Shown here in pieces: positions 44,462-48,758 of a DNA stretch of 48,758 nt. Both the position numbers and the translations under genes were made by a program. The stretch's first letter is position 1. Every line of letters starts with the position of its first letter. A model generated the notes under the pieces. The model worked only from the letters and a program-made list of their open reading frames with translations. It was not told the origin of the DNA and made no database searches. Source of the DNA: Bacillota bacterium (GTDB lineage Bacteria > Bacillota > Sulfobacillia > RBS10-35 > JAJYVN01); assembly GCA_021791995.1 (NCBI GenBank), contig JAJYVN010000001.1, forward strand, positions 1 to 48,758. The letters are read 5' to 3'.

Positions 44462-47400
44462 TCGTGATGGCTACGCTCCTACGGCGATTGCGCTCCGAGG
44501 CCGGTGACTTCGGCACCTACATCGCCGGAGTCATCACCGTCATTCTGATCGGTGTCGCCTTCGGGTTGGGTGCCAACGTGGTTCACCTCGTCTCTGGGCA
44601 GGGGACGCTCACGAACATGGCGCAGGCCGCCGCGAAGGAGGTCGCCATTCAGGGCTGCCTTACGTCCCAGGACGTGAGCGCGGTCCAGAACCAGCTTCAG
44701 AGCCTCGGGTGGAATTCGGCAAACCTGCACACCTCGGCGTCGTTCTCGGCAACTCAGCCGCAAGGCAACTACGGCTCGACCGTCACCGTGGGCATGGACT
44801 ACAACATGCCCATCGTCATGTTTGGGACGATCAAGGCAGGATCCTGGCTGCTATCGGCGACGGGGAGCGCGCCCATGCAGTACGTGCAGCCTGTCGGAAC
44901 GTCGAGCTCGACTCCGGTGTGCCCGGGCACCTCGTACTCGGGCAGCACGACGCCCGTGGCCGAGGTGTACACGGACACCATGAGCGCGAGCACGAACCCG
45001 TCGGCCGGGACGCTTACCTTCACCCAGGGATCGTACTCCCCGGCGTCGGGCTCGAGCGGGTCCTCCAGCACGGGTTCGGGCGCTGTGACCATGACCCTTG
45101 CCGCGTCGCCGGCGAGCACGACTGTAGGCGGAACTGTCGAGTTCACGGGTCAGGTCATGGACGGCTCTACGCCCCATGCTGGTGCCACGGTGAACATCTC
45201 AGGCGGCGGCGCCGCGACCACGGCTATGACCGACAGCAACGGCGACTACCAGGCCGCGCTGTCGTTTACGGCGACCGGGACGTTCACCATCACGGCGAGT
45301 ACAGGCGGCGCGACCACCACGACCCAGGTTACGGTTGCCGCGGACAGCCCGGCGCAGGTCACGGTGAGCGCCCAGACGCCGGTGGCGGATGGGTCGAATG
45401 AGGTCATCTACGCAACGGTCACCGACCAGAACGGCAACCCCGTGGCGGACGGGACCCAGGTGCAGGTCTCATCCACGGACAGCACGGACGTCCCGAGCCA
45501 GACGCTCACCACAAGCAACGGTGAGGTTGCCCTGGGAGTGAACTGGACGCAGGTGGGGACGTGGACGGTGACCTTCACGTCGCAGGGTGTGTCGGGCAGT
45601 GCTTCCGTGACCGTGCAGCCCGGAGGGGCGCAGAACCTAGCCCTTTCGGCCTCCCCGGACCCCGCGACGGCGGGGCAGCAGGTGACCATGTCCGGGACGA
45701 TCACGGACTCCGAGGGCAATCCGGTGGCCACCGGAACTTCGGTCACGGTATCCTCCCCGACGGACCCTGCGGAGTGCCCCAGGCAGACCGTGACCACGGG
45801 AAGTGGCGGGGCATTTAGCGCGACGTGTTCCTTCACGGTGGCCGGTAGTCAGAGCCTGAGCGCCACATCGGGATCGGCGACCGGGAGCACGACGGTGACG
45901 GTTACGGCGGGGGCCGCGAGTCAGTTCGTAGGCGTGGCGCTGGCCCCCAATCCAGTCGACTCCGGCTCTGAACTCTCGGCCGCCGGTACCCTCGAGGACC
46001 AGTACGGCAACGCGGTGTCCGGAGCTACGGTCACCATGTCCGGTGCAGGGGCGATCGCCGGTACCACGACGACTGCCTCGAACGGCGCCTTCGCGGTCAA
46101 CATCACTCCGGCGAGCACCGGGCAGCAGACGATAACGCTTGTGTCCGGAAGCGCTACCTGGACCGGAACGGTTACGGTGAACTCCCCGAGCAGTTCGGAC
46201 GTTGTGGCGGCCTGGATCGGTACTCCGGGAACAACCCAGGTATCCGTGCCGGCCGGAAGCAGCGTGACGCTGGGCATGACAGTCACGTCCGGCGGAAGCG
46301 GCGTCTCGGGTGAGCAGGTCACCTTCACGGAGCCCTTCGTGTCAGGTGGGGGCACGTGGACGTGTACGACCGGAGCCAACGGCGAGTGCTCGGTTGCGGC
46401 GACGGGGTTTACCCAGACCGGCGACATTGTGGTGCAAGCGGCCATCCCGAACGGGGAGACGTCGGATGTCCAGGTCGAGGTTACGGCTGGGGCGCCCGCG
46501 AACATCGCGGGCTTTGCTTGCTCACCCACGATCCTTGGCGCCGGAAGCACGACGTCGTGCTCTGGCACCGTGACGGACGCCTACGGCAACGCTGTGAGCG
46601 GCTCAACGGTGTTCGTCTCCGGAGGCGGTGGTACCGCCTCGCCGGTGACCAGCAGCACAGGGTACTTCAACACCACGTTGACGATCACGGCCGCCGGCAC
46701 GGACACGATCACCGCCAAGGACGGGAGCGCCACGGCGTCCACGACAGTCACGGTCACGGCGGGAGCGCCCGCGGGTGCGATCGTTACGGACCCGGCCAAG
46801 GGCGGAACGTACTACTACGGGGAACCGTTCCAGGTCACCGTGCAGCTCGCGGACCAGTACGGCAACCCCATCACGAGCCTCCCTTCCGGTGAGGATTACT
46901 CCATCGGCATCGCGAACGCGGATAACGCGGGCAATGCCGGTCCTTACTGTGACCTCGTCGGGCCGACAAGCACCACGTACTGCACCTGGCAGATTGGTGG
47001 CTACGGGGCCGCGCCCGTGAACGTCCCGTACACCGGCTACGGCTATCCCTACAGCAACTGGGGATCCGGGCCCGTAGGGTCGGTCACCGGGCCGGACTCG
47101 GGGACCTGGGTACGCGACTCCGTGGTGGTGAACAGCACCAACTACGGTGTTGGGTACTACTCGGGGAGCACGTCGGTCCTGAGCGATTCGTCCTACGGCT
47201 GTATCTCCGCTGACAACATGTGCAGCGGCTTCTGGTACCTGGCGCCGCAGTACACGTGGACGGGAACGACGTGGTATACGGCGTTTCAGGAGGCGGCCGG
47301 GCAGGAAAGCGCTGATACGTCGGGTGATGGCGGTATCAACTACGAGGTGCCTTCGCAGATCACCGCCGGGTTCGCCGCCGGAGAGGACTCGGCGCTCCCC

Positions 47401-48162
47401 CCTCTGCCTGCATCCTCGGTACCTGGAAGCACGGTCACCTTCACGGAGCAGACCTTCATGCCGAGCCAGGTGTACCTGACCGTGTCCAACCCCACGGCGC
47501 TTCGTGATAACGAGATCGAGGTGGGAGGGGCGTACGGCTACCAGGATGCCGGGAACTACTGCGCCACCGTCTCGCAGACCAACCCCTACGGCGTTGCCCT
47601 CAACGTTGGCATCATGCAGGATCAGCCGAACCAGCAGGGCAAGGGCAACTTCTTCGACATCTCGCCGGGAGAGGCCACGATAGCGAATGGCGGAAGCGCG
47701 GTCGTCTGCGGCGGATCGTCGAACGGCATCACCAGCTACCCCACGGAAGCGCCGCACTCCATCATCGTGGCCGCAGCACCGTTAGGAGAGTCGCCGTTCC
47801 TACCTGGGGTGTCGTCCAGCTACGCGTCCACCGCGGTGGTGTGGGGCTCGACGTCCTACGGCGAGTGGTACATGTCGCCGTCTGGGGCGGCCTACGAGAA
47901 CGGGAATACCTGGGTACCCGTGACCTTCTACCTCGAGGAGGCTGGGATCACGGGTGCGGTTGGCCAGACCGAGTCTGTGTCATGCACGGGCTACAGCGGC
48001 GACCAAGTCACATGCCCGGGTTCGGTGACGGTGACAAGCAGCGCCACGCCGTTCACGGTGGACGTGTACGTCCCTTATGGGACCGTGTACGGCAACGTGA
48101 TGGTGAACGTCACGGTTGGCCCTGGGGAAGTCGTCTCAACCGACGTGAACTTTTACAATTAG
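44458..48162 (+). CDS. giant TadE/TadG-like pseudopilin-adhesin with tandem Ig-like domains
   Basis: The leader LLRRLRSEAG followed by DFGTYIAGVITVILIGVAF matches the pilin leader. About 7 Big_1-like repeats follow, then a ~400-aa C-terminal domain. Alternative ATG at 44467. Confidence 0.8.
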   Translation: MIVMATLLRRLRSEAGDFGTYIAGVITVILIGVAFGLGANVVHLVSGQGTLTNMAQAAAKEVAIQGCLTSQDVSAVQNQLQSLGWNSANLHTSASFSATQPQGNYGSTVTVGMDYNMPIVMFGTIKAGSWLLSATGSAPMQYVQPVGTSSSTPVCPGTSYSGSTTPVAEVYTDTMSASTNPSAGTLTFTQGSYSPASGSSGSSSTGSGAVTMTLAASPASTTVGGTVEFTGQVMDGSTPHAGATVNISGGGAATTAMTDSNGDYQAALSFTATGTFTITASTGGATTTTQVTVAADSPAQVTVSAQTPVADGSNEVIYATVTDQNGNPVADGTQVQVSSTDSTDVPSQTLTTSNGEVALGVNWTQVGTWTVTFTSQGVSGSASVTVQPGGAQNLALSASPDPATAGQQVTMSGTITDSEGNPVATGTSVTVSSPTDPAECPRQTVTTGSGGAFSATCSFTVAGSQSLSATSGSATGSTTVTVTAGAASQFVGVALAPNPVDSGSELSAAGTLEDQYGNAVSGATVTMSGAGAIAGTTTTASNGAFAVNITPASTGQQTITLVSGSATWTGTVTVNSPSSSDVVAAWIGTPGTTQVSVPAGSSVTLGMTVTSGGSGVSGEQVTFTEPFVSGGGTWTCTTGANGECSVAATGFTQTGDIVVQAAIPNGETSDVQVEVTAGAPANIAGFACSPTILGAGSTTSCSGTVTDAYGNAVSGSTVFVSGGGGTASPVTSSTGYFNTTLTITAAGTDTITAKDGSATASTTVTVTAGAPAGAIVTDPAKGGTYYYGEPFQVTVQLADQYGNPITSLPSGEDYSIGIANADNAGNAGPYCDLVGPTSTTYCTWQIGGYGAAPVNVPYTGYGYPYSNWGSGPVGSVTGPDSGTWVRDSVVVNSTNYGVGYYSGSTSVLSDSSYGCISADNMCSGFWYLAPQYTWTGTTWYTAFQEAAGQESADTSGDGGINYEVPSQITAGFAAGEDSALPPLPASSVPGSTVTFTEQTFMPSQVYLTVSNPTALRDNEIEVGGAYGYQDAGNYCATVSQTNPYGVALNVGIMQDQPNQQGKGNFFDISPGEATIANGGSAVVCGGSSNGITSYPTEAPHSIIVAAAPLGESPFLPGVSSSYASTAVVWGSTSYGEWYMSPSGAAYENGNTWVPVTFYLEEAGITGAVGQTESVSCTGYSGDQVTCPGSVTVTSSATPFTVDVYVPYGTVYGNVMVNVTVGPGEVVSTDVNFYN
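45082..46930 (+). repeat. about 7 tandem protein-level Ig-like (invasin/Big_1-type) repeats of ~90 aa
   Basis: The recurrent block is [D/E]xxGN[PA]V[AS]xG[TA]xVxxS...xTxxxGxAxxxxT...G..T[IV]T[AL]...TVTV[TQ]AG. The copies are diverged at DNA level. Confidence 0.7.
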
Positions 48163-48207
48163 CCCGCAACAAGGCCGCAAGATCCGACCCCTCGGGCCAC
48201 CGACCAG

Positions 48208-48251
48208 GCGCCCCCCTCCCTGGCGGAAGGGGGGCGCTCTTGCTTGGTTTT
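48208..48251 (+). terminator. rho-independent terminator of the cpaB-adhesin operon
   Basis: gcgcccccct-ccctggcgga-aggggggcgc is a perfect 10-bp stem, followed by tcttgcttggtttt. Confidence 0.8.
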
Positions 48252-48406
48252 GCTCAGCCCTACTCGTGACAGGGGGATGAGACGATGGCCCACGGTCCTG
48301 CCGGGCTCGACGGGTCCCGCGTCCTGCATGCCGTGTTCGAACGCGAGGTGCTGGTGGCGATGAGTCTACAGCCGATGATGGCGGTTGCCACCGGCCTTGG
48401 CGGCGC

Positions 48407-48758
48407 ATGAGGCCCTCTTCCGCATTCCACGTGGCGCCGGCGTGCAGCCGCCAGTGCCGTGGGAGAAGGCCGGGAGGGGCTGGTTCTAGACGACCTCAAG
48501 GACCGGTGGCCGCCACCTGCACCGAGGCCTTGGGCGTGGATGGCCTGCTGTCCGTCAAGGCTCAGCAGCTCAGCGGCATCGCCGTGCGGTGGCGCCAGGT
48601 GCCACGCGCCGTCGTGGGCGTCGCCGAGGTGGCCAGGGTCACGGAGGCTGCCGTTCGGGCCATTAGGGCTGCCACAATACCGTTCGCCGTTGACAATCTG
48701 AGCGCGGGGCACGCGAACGCGCGAGAGCTCGTCGCTCTCGGCCCTGGCGACGTGAAGT
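48407..48758 (+). CDS. possible 3'-partial ORF running off the window
   Basis: This frame is open from ATG 48407 to the window end (…VAATCTEALGVDGLLSVKAQQLSGIAVRWRQ…AVDNLSAGHANARELVALGPGDVK). It is absent from the ORF track because no stop is reached. No motif recognised. Confidence 0.25.
   Translation, partial: MRPSSAFHVAPACSRQCRGRRPGGAGSRRPQGPVAATCTEALGVDGLLSVKAQQLSGIAVRWRQVPRAVVGVAEVARVTEAAVRAIRAATIPFAVDNLSAGHANARELVALGPGDVK

Noticed and set aside
48136-48712. Minus-strand ORFs 48136..48408 and 48260..48712
   Set aside because: They are Arg/Pro-rich and overlap the terminator of the adhesin operon. A plus-strand frame that remains open to the window end looks marginally more protein-like and is reported at low confidence instead.

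Overview
High-GC DNA (no GC values were computed) with strong GGAGG-type ribosome-binding sites. No secretin or outer-membrane genes are present, so the host is probably a monoderm; AbrB and SigI homologues favour a high-GC Bacillota-like lineage. No rRNA, tRNA or CRISPR array was seen, and most of the six-frame ORFs are GC-driven antisense or out-of-frame artefacts.

Backbone:
- 1-5311: the tail of a Gram-positive-type type IV secretion module, comprising a polytopic VirB6/TrbL-like protein, a PrgI/VirB3-like protein and a VirB4 ATPase. It ends in a hairpin terminator.
- A Tad/Flp pilus locus in the order cpaE(tadZ)-cpaF(tadA)-tadB ... tadC ... flp-like pilin, ICMT-family methyltransferase, tadV, tadE-like ... 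cpaB, giant TadE/TadG-like Ig-repeat adhesin.

The Tad locus is interrupted twice:
- 9.7-22.2 kb, between tadB and tadC: an IS-scarred insert. It carries a frameshifted sigI, a 12-bp x5 tandem repeat, an OmpR/HK two-component system plus a deleted paralogous remnant, a DHFR-family gene, a truncated and a complete IS1634-family element, an orphan ABC-2-like permease and a CPBP protease.
- ~26.5-38.8 kb: a visibly more A/T-rich defence island. It carries XRE-ImmA, a tightly coupled Ubl-E2-JAB-E1 (BilABCD-order) ubiquitination-like operon behind a near-consensus promoter with a palindromic operator, an AbrB-Zn-ribbon-nuclease-fold fusion, a Type III mod-res pair, and a DinG-like helicase with a PD-(D/E)xK-like tail plus a membrane protein closed by a strong terminator.

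The most interesting items are:
- the Ubl conjugation operon and its apparent ImmR/ImmA-type control;
- the helicase-nuclease plus TM-protein cassette;
- the non-canonical prepilin signal LRRLR[SD][DE]xG shared by three Tad substrates;
- the ICMT-family methyltransferase wedged between pilin and prepilin peptidase.
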